A stretch of DNA of 63,166 nt, counting the filler, from Octopus bimaculoides (taxonomy: Eukaryota): assembly GCF_001194135.2 (NCBI RefSeq). It is 4 parts of 4 records of this genome, joined end to end, with 100 filler letters (N's around TTAATTAATTAA, not from the genome) between each part and the next. Parts side by side here need not be neighbours in the genome. Positions count along the whole stretch, not along the records: positions 1 to 23,808 come from NC_068986.1; positions 23,909 to 45,049 come from NC_068988.1; 2 more parts are not named here. The stretch is one strand, 5' to 3'. Shown here in pieces: positions 11,882 to 24,331 of the stretch. Below the pieces are notes generated by a model. That model saw only the letters and a program-made list of their open reading frames with translations. It ran no database searches and was not told where the DNA came from. How positions within the stretch are numbered: the first letter of the stretch is position 1; each line of letters opens with the position of its first letter. A program made the translations under genes and the position numbers.

Positions 11882-12200
11882 TTCCCTAAAAGAAATGGAA
11901 AAACTTTCAAAGTACAAAGACCTGGAAATAGAGGTAACTCGAATGTGGAATCTAAAAACAGAAACAATTCCTATCATAGTAAGTGCCTTAGGTATAATAA
12001 AAAAAAAATATTCAGACAAATACATAACAAAAACACCAGGACTTACAAATATATATAACATACAGAAAATTGCACTACTGGGCACTGCAAAACACTTTCA
12101 ATACAGCAACCAGAAGAGCATCACAGCAAACCACCAAGGCACACAGAGCTGCGCTCGGTAGTGAAGTGAAAGCACGTTATAAAAATAAAACTACTGAACA
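11881..12200 (+). mobile_element. R4/Dong-clade LINE 3' end (restriction-like endonuclease C-terminus and 3' UTR)
   Basis: KEMEKLSKYKDLEIEVTRMWNLKTETIPIIVSALGIIKK..IQKIALLGTA. Bounded by (TAA)n on both sides. Confidence 0.85.
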
Positions 12201-12206
12201 ATAATG

Positions 12207-12240
<34 letters not shown>

Positions 12241-12242
<2 letters not shown>

Positions 12243-12797
12243 GCCCTGATGTAATATCAGGCAGTGGCTCTCATGGCTTCTGATCTTAACTGATTCGAAG
12301 TGTTGTCATGTACATTGTTTCGTCTTGCTATAAAAGATGGGCTACGCCAAATATTCTGCATACTACCACGGATTTGCTTGTGAGTTGTTTGACCTTAACC
12401 AGTTGAGCATGTCACTTGGTGGCTGCCGATATGTGCATCTCTGATCATGAGCAGAAGTAGTGGGGGAGCATCATAGCCATGTGTTGAGAGGAATTATTTG
12501 GGGTTTGAATAATTCACTTTTGGAAACATGGGTGTTTTGCTTAACACCCTTAAATTAACCTTATTCAGGGACCTTTTGAGCGGGATAGGCTACTCGATCT
12601 GAAGAAAATTCTAACTGGGCCACACTTGCCAGGTCATGTGATGTTTATCTCGATATGAGATCTCCATGTCGCGCACGCATGGTTGTGATGCATGTGCCTG
12701 GTGTACCCTTATCAGACGGGTAGTCATGATGGATATACTGGGCTTCGTATATTTTACCCCAGTGTCACCTTGATGGCATGCACTACACTCTCACTCA
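12241..12797 (+). mobile_element. ~550-bp non-coding (TAA)n-embedded element, copy 1
   Basis: Direct repeat of 13321-13865 (about 85-90% identical by eye). Ends ..CTCTCACTC followed by (AAT)n. No meaningful ORF and no tRNA head. Confidence 0.85.
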
Positions 12798-12818
12798 ATA
12801 ATAATAATAATAATAGTA

Positions 12819-12867
<49 letters not shown>

Positions 12868-12912
12868 GATAATAATGATAGTAATAGTGATGATGATAAC
12901 AATAATAGTAAT

Positions 12913-13231
12913 AAGGTATTCGATAAGGAAAAAAAGTCGATAGCTATAACAGAGTACCTTGGAAGGTTAACCAGTTATGGTCATTGACAAATCTGGTAGT
13001 AGTACCAATAATAATTGTCGGCAGCGGTGAGTAACAATCTCGAGAAGTACATGGAGCAAATAGGGGCGGCAATACGTACGGAGCACTTGAAGAAAACAGT
13101 ATTGCTTTGAACCGCTCGAATATTCCGGATGGTGCTCGAAAAATAAGGGGTTTTACCTTAGTTCACTAGTAGTGAACAGCTGGCACCCTAGTACACCTTG
13201 AGCGCTAGAATCTACACAAAGACTATAGGAA
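12913..13231 (+). mobile_element. R4/Dong-clade LINE 3' end, second subfamily
   Basis: Decayed translation QLWSLTNLVVVPIIIVG..LEKYMEQIGAAIRTEHLKKTVLL*TARIFRMVLEK*. 3' UTR resembles 54113-54312. Flanked by (TAA)n. Confidence 0.75.
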
Positions 13232-13253
13232 ATAATAATAATAACGATAATAA

Positions 13254-13320
<67 letters not shown>

Positions 13321-13864
13321 GTACCAGGCAGTGGCTCTCATGGTTTCTGATCTTAATTGATTGGAAGCGTCATCATGTACATTGTTTTGTCTTGGTATAA
13401 AAAGATGGGCTACAGCATATATTCTGCTCAATTCCACAGATTTGCTTGACAGTTGTTTGACCATAACCAGTTGAGCATGTCCCTTGGTGGCTGACAATAT
13501 GTGCATCTCTGATCATGAGCAGAAGTGGCGGGGGAGCATCATAGCCATTAGTTGAGAGGAATTCTTTGGGGTTTGAATATTTCACCTTTGGAAACATGGG
13601 TGTTTTGCTCAAATTCCTTAAACAAACCTTATTGAGGGACCATTTGAGTGGGATGAGCTACTCGACCTGAAGAAAATTCTAACTGGGCCCCACCTGCGAG
13701 GTTATGTGCTGTTCATCTTCATATGAGATGAACACGTCGCGCACATATTGTTGTGATGCATGTGCCTGGTGTACTCTTATCAGACGGGTAGTCATGATGG
13801 GTATACTGGGCTTCGTATATTTTACCCCGGTGTAACTTTGATGGCATGCACTGCTCTCTCACTC

Positions 13865-13865
<1 letters not shown>
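13321..13865 (+). mobile_element. ~550-bp non-coding (TAA)n-embedded element, copy 2 (slightly 5'-truncated)
   Basis: Direct repeat of 12241-12797 with the same 3' end, followed by (AAT)n. Confidence 0.85.
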
Positions 13866-13911
<46 letters not shown>

Positions 13912-13949
13912 CTATAATAATAATAATAAAGAATAATAATAAAATGCAT

Positions 13950-14151
13950 ATAATAAGGTGTTAGCCATACATTCTTTACCAGTCCCAGTCGTTTCTTATA
14001 GCTTCAATGTGCTTAACTGCAATACCAGTGAAATAATCAAACTTGATAGAAAAATCCACAAGCTACTGACTTGTAATAAGATGCACCATCCAAAGGCTGA
14101 CGTGGATCGTCTTTACCTTCCCAGAGCTCAGGGTGGTCGAGGCTTGATCCA
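13950..14151 (+). mobile_element. R4/Dong-clade LINE internal fragment (post-RT region)
   Basis: VLAIHSLPVPVVSYSFNVL..KLDRKIHKLLTCNKMHHPKADVDRLYLPRAQGGRGLI. Homologous to about 28350-28570. Confidence 0.85.
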
Positions 14152-14305
14152 CATTCTATGTCATACTGAATGTCCCAGAGAACAACGTTAAGGACACATG
14201 TGCCTCTGGAGAGCTCAGCCGCTTGCACGTAAATTTCACGCGCAGGGTGTTCCGTTGATCCTATCATCTTGAACCCTCATCTTAGTAACTGACGGAATGC
14301 CAGAT
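14152..14305 (+). mobile_element. SINE family C, 3' half
   Basis: Colinear with about 21345-21490 (TGTCA..CTGAAT..GAGAA..GT.AAGG..AC..GT..CTG..GAG.GCTCAG..C.TTGCACGT.AAT..CACG..CAG..TGTTCCGTTGA). Confidence 0.7.
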
Positions 14306-16207
14306 TTTTATGCATATATAAATACATATGCATTGATATGTCCAAAGAATAAAGAAGAGGTTAAGTTTTTATAACATAAGAGTGATTACATGACAGATTA
14401 ATATATCTTCATGATTTTACTTGAAGTAACTTGAATTCTCAGATACATATTTTATTATGCATATGTCTATATACATCATCGGCATCAACATTTATATTTT
14501 GCGTTCGTACTTTTGTTGTTATAAATTACTCTCCTCTATGCACAAGATTTGTTACTATGAATCAATGGTTGAAATAATCTTAACAATACTGTGTATGTTT
14601 GTTTTATTGTAAGAGCGATATTATGGCAATCTTCTTGAAATTATAAACTGTGTTTGTCTACTTTATTTCGCATATTGGTTAGAGTTAAACTATTAATAAA
14701 GATTCCAACATTAGTGGTGCTCATTTAACATGGTGCTCATTAAATTCCTATTCACTGCCTATATGTATTAATTTTGCTTTACCTTCTTTAGCACCGCATA
14801 TAATTGTAGGAATTACATTCCACTGCTTGTTTTGGAGTTGTAAAAGTCGTCAATATCTTAACTTAATTGAAGTGGATTTTTCCATTTTAAACGAGTCAAT
14901 TCATTTTCCAATGTGATTCATTGAATTTGCAATACTATTTCCTTCAATAATTTAGAAATCATAAGTGTCCATGTGTTACTTGGTTTTAGATAAACAAGGG
15001 GGTATTGTCGCAAAATATGAGTTGCAACTCTGTAAAATCCCTAGCATCTGCGACAAATATATTTTACAATGTAAAGGAAGGTTTCATAATTTCTGAAATG
15101 ACGGTTCTGTGTTACAGCAGAGACAACATGTCGCTCAGTTTCCTATTGTTATCAAATATTTGATTACTTTTATAGGCACCTATTCCTTTTCAGGTATATG
15201 GTCCAGGCCTCTGGTTTCACAATAGATTACTTTTCTTTACTTAATACAAGTTTTCAAGAGTTCAATATTGGCGCATGCAGTGTCCCTTTTATTTTGAATA
15301 CGCTAAGTGATCCTTTTTATATGACATCACTTTTCAGAATTTTCAATACAAATTCATCCATGAAATGTGGTTCTGAACCAAAAACAAAATATTTTCGAAT
15401 ACACATGAAATGATATCCCAAATTTCTTGCCAAGATTCTTATATGTCTGTTTTCATAAAGTTAATTTACACCCTCACTCATGTTATTCAGTGGTTGCTAA
15501 TTCAGTAGTTTAATGAAAATAGCCAAACGATCATTGTTAGATATATTAGGTAAATATGACACTATTACCTAATCTATTGGAATTTAAAAAACAGGAAAGT
15601 AAGATTTGAATAATGTATAAACATTTAGAATTGACGTAAATATTTTGAAGATAGTGCGCAGACATATTTTAAATGCAGAATAGGACGAATTAAATGTTGA
15701 GAATATTTACTGACAATAAAGACATATATTTTATAGGTTTGTAATACATTGGTGTTATAGTATATTGAAAGGTTTCGATAGGGTGTTTATTCAATGATGA
15801 AAGTGATGCCAGGTATATCTGAATTATCACCAGAGGTTTTTGTTTTATCAATATAAAGTTATAAACTACTCGGTAGGTAGTAATGAAATATATTTCGTCG
15901 CTGCCATATATCTCGATCTCACCATTATCAGTTAGAACTGCACATAAATAAAGAAAAGGTGTTCGAATAAATATTTGATAAGTAATTGAATATACGTAAT
16001 ATAATTATGGTGAATAACTCCCTCATCAGATTAAAGTATATAAATCAATTGGAAATTTCGTCTGCAATAAACAACTTTTAATAATTCTTTGGAGTTATTT
16101 AAAGTAGTTTTTTTTTATCATGAGGTTGAGTGGTCGTTTTTATATTCCTAATGTATAAAATATTGCATTGTAACGAAATAATATTTACATATTTCAATAT
16201 ATAATTC

Positions 16208-16243
<36 letters not shown>

Positions 16244-17989
16244 NNNNNNNNNNNNNNNNNNNNNNNNNNNNNNNNNNNNNNNNNNNNNNNNNNNNNNNNN
16301 NNNNNNNNNNNNNNNNNNNNNNNNNNNNNNNNNNNNNNNNNNNNNNNNNNNNNNNNNNNNNNNNNNNNNNNNNNNNNNNNNNNNNNNNNNNNNNNNNNNN
16401 NNNNNNNNNNNNNNNNNNNNNNNNNNNNNNNNNNNNNNNNNNNNNNNNNNNNNNNNNNNNNNNNNNNNNNNNNNNNNNNNNNNNNNNNNNNNNNNNNNNN
16501 NNNNNNNNNNNNNNNNATATATATATATATATACTATCTAATGTGTGTATATTAACATATGTACAAATATACTGATCCACTGATAAAAATAACCTCAAAC
16601 TCAGTTGGATATTTGAGTCAAAATATCACAGGTGATTTGAAATTTCAAATCGGGAGTTGAAGTTTCCTATCCCTCATCCTCTGTTGCTAACTGTGGAGAT
16701 GATATTCATTTGGTTCCATGTAGAGAAGAGAGCTAAGTAATATCTTTTGATACGCTGGTTTATATTCAATATTAGAAATATGTACGCATATATATGAAAG
16801 TACTATGATGCCTGTAAATTCAGTTTTTAATCCGAATAATTTCGATTTGATTTTACACAGAAGGATGATGGCTATATTTTCTAGTTGCTAATTATAAACA
16901 TAAAGGCGAAAATGTTGCAGTAAGTAGGCACAAAGTCGAAAACAGATTTTAAGGCTACTGAAAGAGGCATGTAGCAGTAATACATAGACGTACTTGCGAA
17001 AAGTACTTATATTTTCATCATAGAATCAATACAGTACGAATATTCGGAATAGTGAATATCTCACACAGATTATCTAGGGAAACAACGGTCCGATATTTTG
17101 GTAATCAAATTAACGATACGGTCGACCGCATATAAACACTTTGAAACATGAACAGTGTAGATGATCTTCCATCATTACTTTACAAACATTTGTGGGAAAT
17201 ACTATAAGACCAACACAATACCGTGCAATGCTAAATGAAGGAGACGTAATTTATCTACGGTACAAAACCTGAGCGAGCAAAAGGCACCCTTGTCTGAAAC
17301 ATATAAGCTCGTACCAGGTTAAAATGATAACAATCTAAAATGGCCCAATTTTCTCCAACAAGTTAAGTAACGAAAAGAAAAACAAATTACACAGAAGGAT
17401 ATGAGTGGAATACCTTTCAACTTTGGAAATACTAATAGCAACAGTCTGACAAAAATCGTAGCTACTGCATACGATTTGGAAAGACAATTTCCTTACGCAA
17501 ATTTTGCTTAGCCAAATAGGAAATATTCTCAAGAAGAGAAAAGTGGTTTATTCCTACAGACAGACAAATCCGAGTGACATCATTGAGTTTATAACAAATC
17601 AGAACGTTTATATACAAAGAAATTTCAGCATAAAACAGCTCAGCCTTTCACCAGCAAAACGAGCGACGAAGAAGTTGTAATCAAATTCTGTATTTTTTTT
17701 TCCTTTTTCAGTTACATTAAAAAAAATTTAGTCGTCTGTAATTACTAATACAATGTAATTCTGTGAAACCTATTGGACTTTCAATCATGCATCATTGTTA
17801 GGAAATTCAAATTTGAAATTCTTTTAAGCTATTTTACTGTGCAATTTTTTGAATATTGGAATTTGTAGGAACATTTGACTTGCACGTTCTGACCTCCTTG
17901 AAACTTATTCTATCAGCATTGAAAATCAAAAAAAAAAAAAATATATATATATTAAAACCAGTTGGGAATGTAAAAAAAATTCTAAGAAA

Positions 17990-18720
17990 TTACAACTACA
18001 ATTAAAATGGCTGAAGGTGCTTGCATAACCTTTTACAGTGAGCACCTTCAAGACAACTATTATATTCATGCAAGAAAATACGTCCTCGCACTCAGCAAAT
18101 AAACGTTACAGAGTATCAGCAACAATTAGGCACTTGTTGCTGATACTCTGAAGAGTTACGGAAGATGAAGTGGTCTGCCTGTTCCCCCAAAATAAAATCC
18201 AATAGTAAACTCGTAGAGTATTCTACAGCAACGGGTTTATAAGAATGGGCGCCAATTTAGGAGCAAGAATGAACTGTGGCAGGCAATAATGGATATATCT
18301 TTTGGTATAACACCAGGCGAGATCCAGGAACTAACATGTTCTATGGACAAGTAACTTTTCGAAACTTATTTCAAACAAAGACTCAGATATCCTTTACTAA
18401 CCACCTCACCTATATAATTTCTGAACGCTGTGTTTATTGTTTATTTCTATTTCTTCGATGTTTCTGGTTGTATGTGTTCATTTGAGTATGTACATCAGCG
18501 AGGTGTAATGAAAACTCATATAAATGAGAAAGGTATCTTGTTGTTTACACGAATTTTCATTACTCCTCGCTAATAGTTTCTGTATTGTTTTACGGAATTT
18601 CACGTTTTTACAAACCAGGCGCATATAACTGTTGTCATCATTCTTTGAAACTTTCGTTGCATTCAAGAAGTACTTTAAAATTGAAATTAAAAAATATTCC
18701 GTCGTTAATAATTTGAAATG

Positions 18721-18724
<4 letters not shown>
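17990..18724 (+). mobile_element. Tc1-family (DD34E-like) transposon 3' part
   Basis: FMQENTSSH..MKWSACSP..NPIVNS*SILQQRVYKNGRQFRSKNELWQAIMD. Putative right end ..ATTTGAAATGCAC followed by TA. May extend 5' to about 17300. Confidence 0.7.
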
Positions 18725-18761
<37 letters not shown>

Positions 18762-19993
18762 CGACCAAAATGGTCGGTTTCAACAGCGAATAGGTCTGAA
18801 ATTTGACAACAATTCGTTGAATAAAGTAAAAGCTGGTGAACAAGACAATATTAGGAAATTAGGGAATGGATGCAGTAGAGGAACAATCAGAATTGAGAAG
18901 TCATCAGAAGAAATAGATAGTTTGCTATAAACATTGATCAAAATCTCAACATTGTGATGACTCTTTATGTAACTGCAGGAAGCAATTAGTGGCGATTAAT
19001 GATGGCGCTCTAAACAATTACCCAGTCATGGAAATAGGGTGATGATGAGTATGATGATATCACTGATGTTGACAATGATGACGACGACTACGCCGATGAT
19101 AAAGATAATAATGGCGACGATGATGTTAACGACGATGACGGTGTTGATGGGCTGGTCATAATCCTACTCATAATATAAGTTAGCTGCGTATCACAATAAA
19201 ATATCTTATTTCACTCTGGCATGAAAAAGCAATTTTATATAATCTATTCTAAATTACGTCTATACAATATTCATAAATTTGGTTGAGCTCCTAGTTATGT
19301 CATCACGTAATATACTATGTTGCATTCATAAAGTCCTATATCATCAAATTTGGCTACAGTCCCGGAAAATATTGTAATGATATGGCTGTGGTGTAGTACT
19401 GAAGCATATATATTCGTGTATAGCGCAAAATATTGTTGTATAAAGCTTGAGAACATAATATACAAACTGCAATTGGTAGCAGTTGGTCAAATGCTTCTCT
19501 ATTTTTTGTCTCTCTAACTATATATCAGGCTGTCTCTTTATTTGTCACTCTGTTCAACTTCGTAATCATATATGTATCAGTGTAACTACGGCTGCCTACC
19601 TACCTACCTACCTACCTACCTACCTACCTACCTACATATATAATATATCTATGGTCAGTAAGTCAATATGAGGCGGAAGATGGAAGATGCGAGGATTTTT
19701 ACTAATCACTACTATTATTTTGACGCATCTGGCATCGATCCCTCACGGGTGGAATATTTAAAAGCTAATTCAGGAGAATCCTACTGTACAGTGTCTCTTC
19801 GTGTGGTAAATACATATATAACTCGTTAAAAGAAAAGTTCCATAATGCATCTTCTCTGTTTGTGTAAAGAAGAGCTGTAAATTAAATTCTCGTATCTTTC
19901 ATCATCCGTCTCATTAAGCAAATGCCTAAGGGACACTCTGAATGTGATCGTGTTTACCAGTAAACATCCAGGAGTAAACCATAAATTTCACTG

Positions 19994-20079
<86 letters not shown>

Positions 20080-20351
20080 TATACACACACACACACACAT
20101 ATGTATATATATATATACATATACATACATATATATANNNNNNNNNNNNNNNNNNNNNNNNNNNNNNNNNNNNNNNNNNNNNNNNNNNNNNNNNNNNNNN
20201 NNNNNNNNNNNNNNNNNNNNNNNNNNNNNNNNNNNNNNNNNNNNNNNNNNNNNNNNNNNNNNNNNNNNNNNNNNNNNNNNNNNNNNNNNNNNNNNNNNNN
20301 NNNNNNNNNNNNNNNNNNNNNNNNNNNNNNNNNNNNNNNNNNNNNNNNNNN

Positions 20352-20992
20352 AAGTTTCCGCCGTTTTTTTTTTTTCATTTTTTAAATGGTTTAATAAAGA
20401 ATAGCAACTAATTAATCAATAATGTACTCACTCTTGTTGTTTACAACTTCTTCACAACTTTCAACAAGATTTTCAAATTTTCAATAACTCGTTGGTAGAA
20501 ATCACCAGATTTCGACTCGAAAAATTGATCCAGCCAAGCTCTCGAGTCTGCGTCACTATTGAATGAAAGTCCTCACATAGCATTTGACAGAGATCAAAAG
20601 AGGTGGAAATCCGTTTGGGGCCCAATCAGTAGAGTACGGCGGGTGTGGCAGCACTTCTCAACCATGCGTTTGAATGGCTTTTTGGTCATATTGGCGATAT
20701 CATGGCCGGCAGCAGAAGAACAACATGCTGACGATTAGTTCTTTGCTCTTGAATAGCCGTGTTGAGTCGTTCCATCTGTTGAACGTAGAGTTCCCCGTTG
20801 AACGTTTAGTTCTGTTCAAGCATTTCGTAACGAATAATTCCTTCCCAGTCCCACCATATGCACAACATCGTTTTAACCGGATGAAGATCTTGTTTCACGC
20901 TCGGTGTCGCTTGTTTACCGGGGCTAAGCCATTCGTTACGCTGTTTCATATTGATGTACATGCACAATATTTCGTCGCCAATAACAATTCGG
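20352..20992 (-). mobile_element. Mariner transposon 3' half, decayed
   Basis: RIVIGDEILCMYINMKQRNEWLSPGKQATPSVKQDLHPVKTMLCIWWDWEGIIRYEML, then a decayed PPYS region. 3' end runs into a gap. Confidence 0.85.
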
Positions 20993-21219
20993 TAAATATA
21001 TATATATATATATTTATAATTATGTGTATTTCTTCTATCTTAATGAATAAAAATTCTGATAGAATAAATGGGTTAATAGAAACCAATGTAGCAAAGAACA
21101 CAAAATAACTGTGGTTAGCTCCTGCTTTTAAGGCAGGGACTCCTTGAAATTTTGGGTATTTGAGTATATTTAAGAATATATATATATGCACAAATATTTG
21201 CGTGTGTTTACGTGCATGT

Positions 21220-21490
21220 GAAGGTGTGTAGCTTAGTGGTTAAGGTATTTCGCTCGCAGTCGTAGGGTCACGAGTTCGATTCCTGGCGACGCGTTGTGTC
21301 TTTCAGCAAGACACTTTATTTGAAGGGGCCAGCTTCGTCACACTCCATGTCACGCTGAATCTCCGTGAGAAATATGTGAAAGGGTACGCGTATCTGTTCG
21401 GTGCTCAGGCAATTGCACGTTAATAACACGAGCGAGCTGTTCCGTTGACGGATCAACCGGAACCGTAGTCGTCGAATGCAGCCGAGTGTC
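21220..21490 (+). mobile_element. tRNA-headed SINE, family C
   Basis: A-box TAGCTTAGTGG and B-box GAGTTCGATT, followed by GCGTTGTGTC..GCAAGACACTT. 3' half repeated at 14152-14305. Confidence 0.8.
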
Positions 21491-21511
21491 ATTATATATA
21501 TATATATATTT

Positions 21512-21556
<45 letters not shown>

Positions 21557-22445
21557 TGTTAGGTTGTGCGGGGGGGTCTCTCTTTTAGTTTCTGGGTTTC
21601 CCCACTACCGTTTCACAACCGGTGTTATTTTGTTTAAGTTCCCGTACTTAGTCGATAGAAAGTACCTGGAATAATAAAATAAGTTACAAGTGCAATTTGT
21701 TCGAATACTGTCTTCAGATTGCGACATTATGACACAGCACATAATTGAAAATGATAAAATGAATATTAAAAGGTTTCTCTCTGTTTGTTTGTCTGTCTGT
21801 CTCCCTATATGATGTGTACGAGAGAGTAAGAGCAGGTTAGCAATGCATCAGAAAACACAAATCTTGGCCGTCTCATATGACATAAAAATCTTTTACATTA
21901 ACTTTCAGCTTACGTGTGGACAATATATCCATCGACCCCTGCTGGATATTTAAGAAAACAACAAAAAGTACAGGCGTGTTCAATTTGTGTTATAAGTAAT
22001 GAAAGGTTTTCATATTTCCATTCACTTTCCCTGCTATTACAACTTTGTAAATGTAAATGCTTTGAATAGTTTGCATCTGACCTCATCACCAGGTCAGCCA
22101 TAAGCCATATTTCGAACAAGTTCTTTTGTTTCTCTCCTCTTGTTCTGTATATAGAATCATTTTTACTTGCCCTTATTTCCTTTTAAATGTGAAAAACTAA
22201 TCATAAGACGTGTGTCAGAAACCAACAAACCTAATATAGAAAGAGTAAAATATAATATTCTGTATGAAGACCATCCTGAAGTGTGAAAAAGAGAAACTGC
22301 TCCAAGGATAAAGAGAATACAATTGTATCGGAACACATACACCCAACAAACACACGTTATCATTTTCACACAAATCTTAAGTGCGTATATATTATAAAAA
22401 TGCACATACACAGCCAAACACACACATATACACGCAGATATATGG

Positions 22446-22481
<36 letters not shown>

Positions 22482-22604
22482 NNNNNNNNNNNNNNNNNNN
22501 NNNNNNNNNNNNNNNNNNNNNNNNNNNNNNNNNNNNNNNNNNNNNNNNNNNNNNNNNNNNNNNNNNNNNNNNNNNNNNNNNNNNNNNNNNNNNNNNNNNN
22601 NNNN

Positions 22605-22995
22605 GGTAACGGCTGGCGTGTGCAGGGGAAGAGAACAGATGCACGATCCTCGAAACGTGCTCTGGCAAGGGTGGTTCGGATAATAGTGAGGGGATATCCA
22701 CATAGGATGAAGTTGTGAGACTTGAGTTGAGACTGAGTCTCTTCATGTTTGTCACTGCAGAGCCTGCGCAGACGGAGGAATTGGGAGTAGGGATGGAGAG
22801 GTTGGTGTGGTTACAGTGAGAGGAGGAGAATCTGAGGTATGAGTGTGAGTCGGTGTGTGTGTAGTGGATGTAGGTGGAGAGAGTGCAGTGATGTATATTG
22901 ACCAAACTGTCAGGAAAGGCGACGGAAGTACGGAAAATAGTACAGGAGAATTCGAGGGCAGGGTGGAAATATTGGACAAAAGTGAGGAAAGAATC
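22605..22995 (-). mobile_element. Penelope-like element RT C-terminal (thumb) fragment
   Basis: With frameshifts: FHPALEFSC..VNIHHCTLSTYIHYTHTDSHSYLRFSSSH..LSIP/YSQFLRLRRLCSD..FILCGYP. This matches the PLE TDSHSYL..SSSH..SIPYSQFLRLRR pattern. Confidence 0.8.
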
Positions 22996-23063
22996 TATGC
23001 GTGTGTTTGTGTGTGTGTATGTGTGTGTGTATGTGTGTGTGTGTGAGAGTGAGAGAGTGAGAT

Positions 23064-23096
<33 letters not shown>

Positions 23097-23547
23097 GAGT
23101 TCTTGTGCCTTAGTGTGAATGCGTGTGATTACACATCAAAACCGTGAATTCTAAAATTTGGTAACTCTTAAAGAGATGGAGCAATTTAATAAGAATATAG
23201 ACATTTAGAAAGACAAGCTAAATGGTAACATAGAAGAAAAACAATAGAAACCTGTGTGAAACATATAAATTGTCAGTAACAAATTTCCAAAATATATAGT
23301 GAACGTGCCCTAGTGACTAACTCGTAAAATTACAAAAGAAATTTGACACATCAAAATATGAAAAGAAAATTGAATATAGCATGTTTTGTGTAATCTTAAA
23401 ATAGTTCTTCCAGAATATCGTTGCTTAAGCGCAATCGGAATATCTCTGATGATATCAGTGCAAGTGTAGATCACCTCCGTGTTTAATACACATAAACACA
23501 CGTGCGCGCACACACGGTCACATGTGCATATAGTGGTATGTTTGCAT

Positions 23548-23755
23548 ACTCTTTTACTATTTTACTTGTTTCAGTCATTTGACTGCAGCCATGCTGGAGC
23601 ACCACCTTTAGTCGAGGAAATCGATCCCGGTACTTATTCTTCGTAAGCCTAGTACTTATTCTATCGGTAACTTTTACTGAACCGCTAGGTTACGGGGACG
23701 TAAATTCAACAGCATCGGCTGTCAAGCGTTGTTAGGGGGGCAGAGACACACAAAC
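23548..23755 (-). mobile_element. SINE family B, 3' half
   Basis: Reverse complement of 49485-49692. Joined to (CA)n(TA)n and a gap. Confidence 0.85.
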
Positions 23756-23774
23756 ACACACACACACACACACA

Positions 23775-23808
<34 letters not shown>

Positions 23809-23908
23809 NNNNNNNNNNNNNNNNNNNNNNNNNNNNNNNNNNNNNNNNNNNNTTAATTAATTAANNNNNNNNNNNNNNNNNNNNNNNNNNNNNNNNNNNN
23901 NNNNNNNN
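23809..23908. other. Artificial scaffold linker (44N + TTAATTAATTAA + 44N)
   Basis: Exactly 100 bp. The 12-mer at 23853-23864 puts stop codons in all six frames. Identical to the linkers at 45050 and 53680. Confidence 0.95.
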
Positions 23909-23939
<31 letters not shown>

Positions 23940-24147
23940 TATATACAAACATATATACGCATATACATACATTATATACGCATATGCATACATATATACA
24001 TGCATACATATGTATATATATAAATTCCATCATTCACCAAAGGCGACATATGAGAAGTTTCAAATAATGTTGTTGTACAGTCAGCGGTGGTGCCCCAGCA
24101 TGACCACAGCTTTGAAGCTGAAACAATTTAAAGATTGATATATTATA

Positions 24148-24331
24148 TACAATAGGCGATTTTCTCCCTCCGTCTTCCTTTCTATTGAACTTTCGTCTGA
24201 TTCCGAAGAAGAGCGTCGCTCGAAATGTTAAACCATCTTTCTTTCCCTCCCTGAGCGACTGCTAATACTTTACATGTACCACGTCCACGCGTTGTTGCTT
24301 TTTTGTGTTTGTGGTCCTTTTTGTTATTTAC
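24148..24331 (+). mobile_element. Short (TA)n-anchored element with a decayed minimal hammerhead
   Basis: CCGAAGA-A-GAGC GUC GCUC-GAAA-UG-UU at 24203-24229. Same layout as 7208-7403. Confidence 0.5.

Noticed and set aside
11573-12161. Poly-Ile/Ser/Asn/Thr ORFs suggesting low-complexity proteins
   Set aside because: These are translations of trinucleotide microsatellites; only the Dong segment is real coding sequence.
12241-13865. CRISPR-like alternation of repeats and spacers
   Set aside because: The units are hundreds of bp and the separators are (TAA)n; the context is eukaryotic with no cas genes.
15195-15413. 72-codon open frame after TTTTCAG
   Set aside because: No convincing donor and no phase-compatible link to the other exons.
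15990-16035. Minus-strand CTGATGA-GGGAG..CACC-ATAA
   Set aside because: GAAA and stem III/I are missing, so it is too degenerate to call.
23853-23864. TTAATTAATTAA islands inside gaps, resembling a repeated motif or piggyBac site
   Set aside because: All three share an identical 44N-12-44N layout and encode six-frame stops, so they are assembly linkers.
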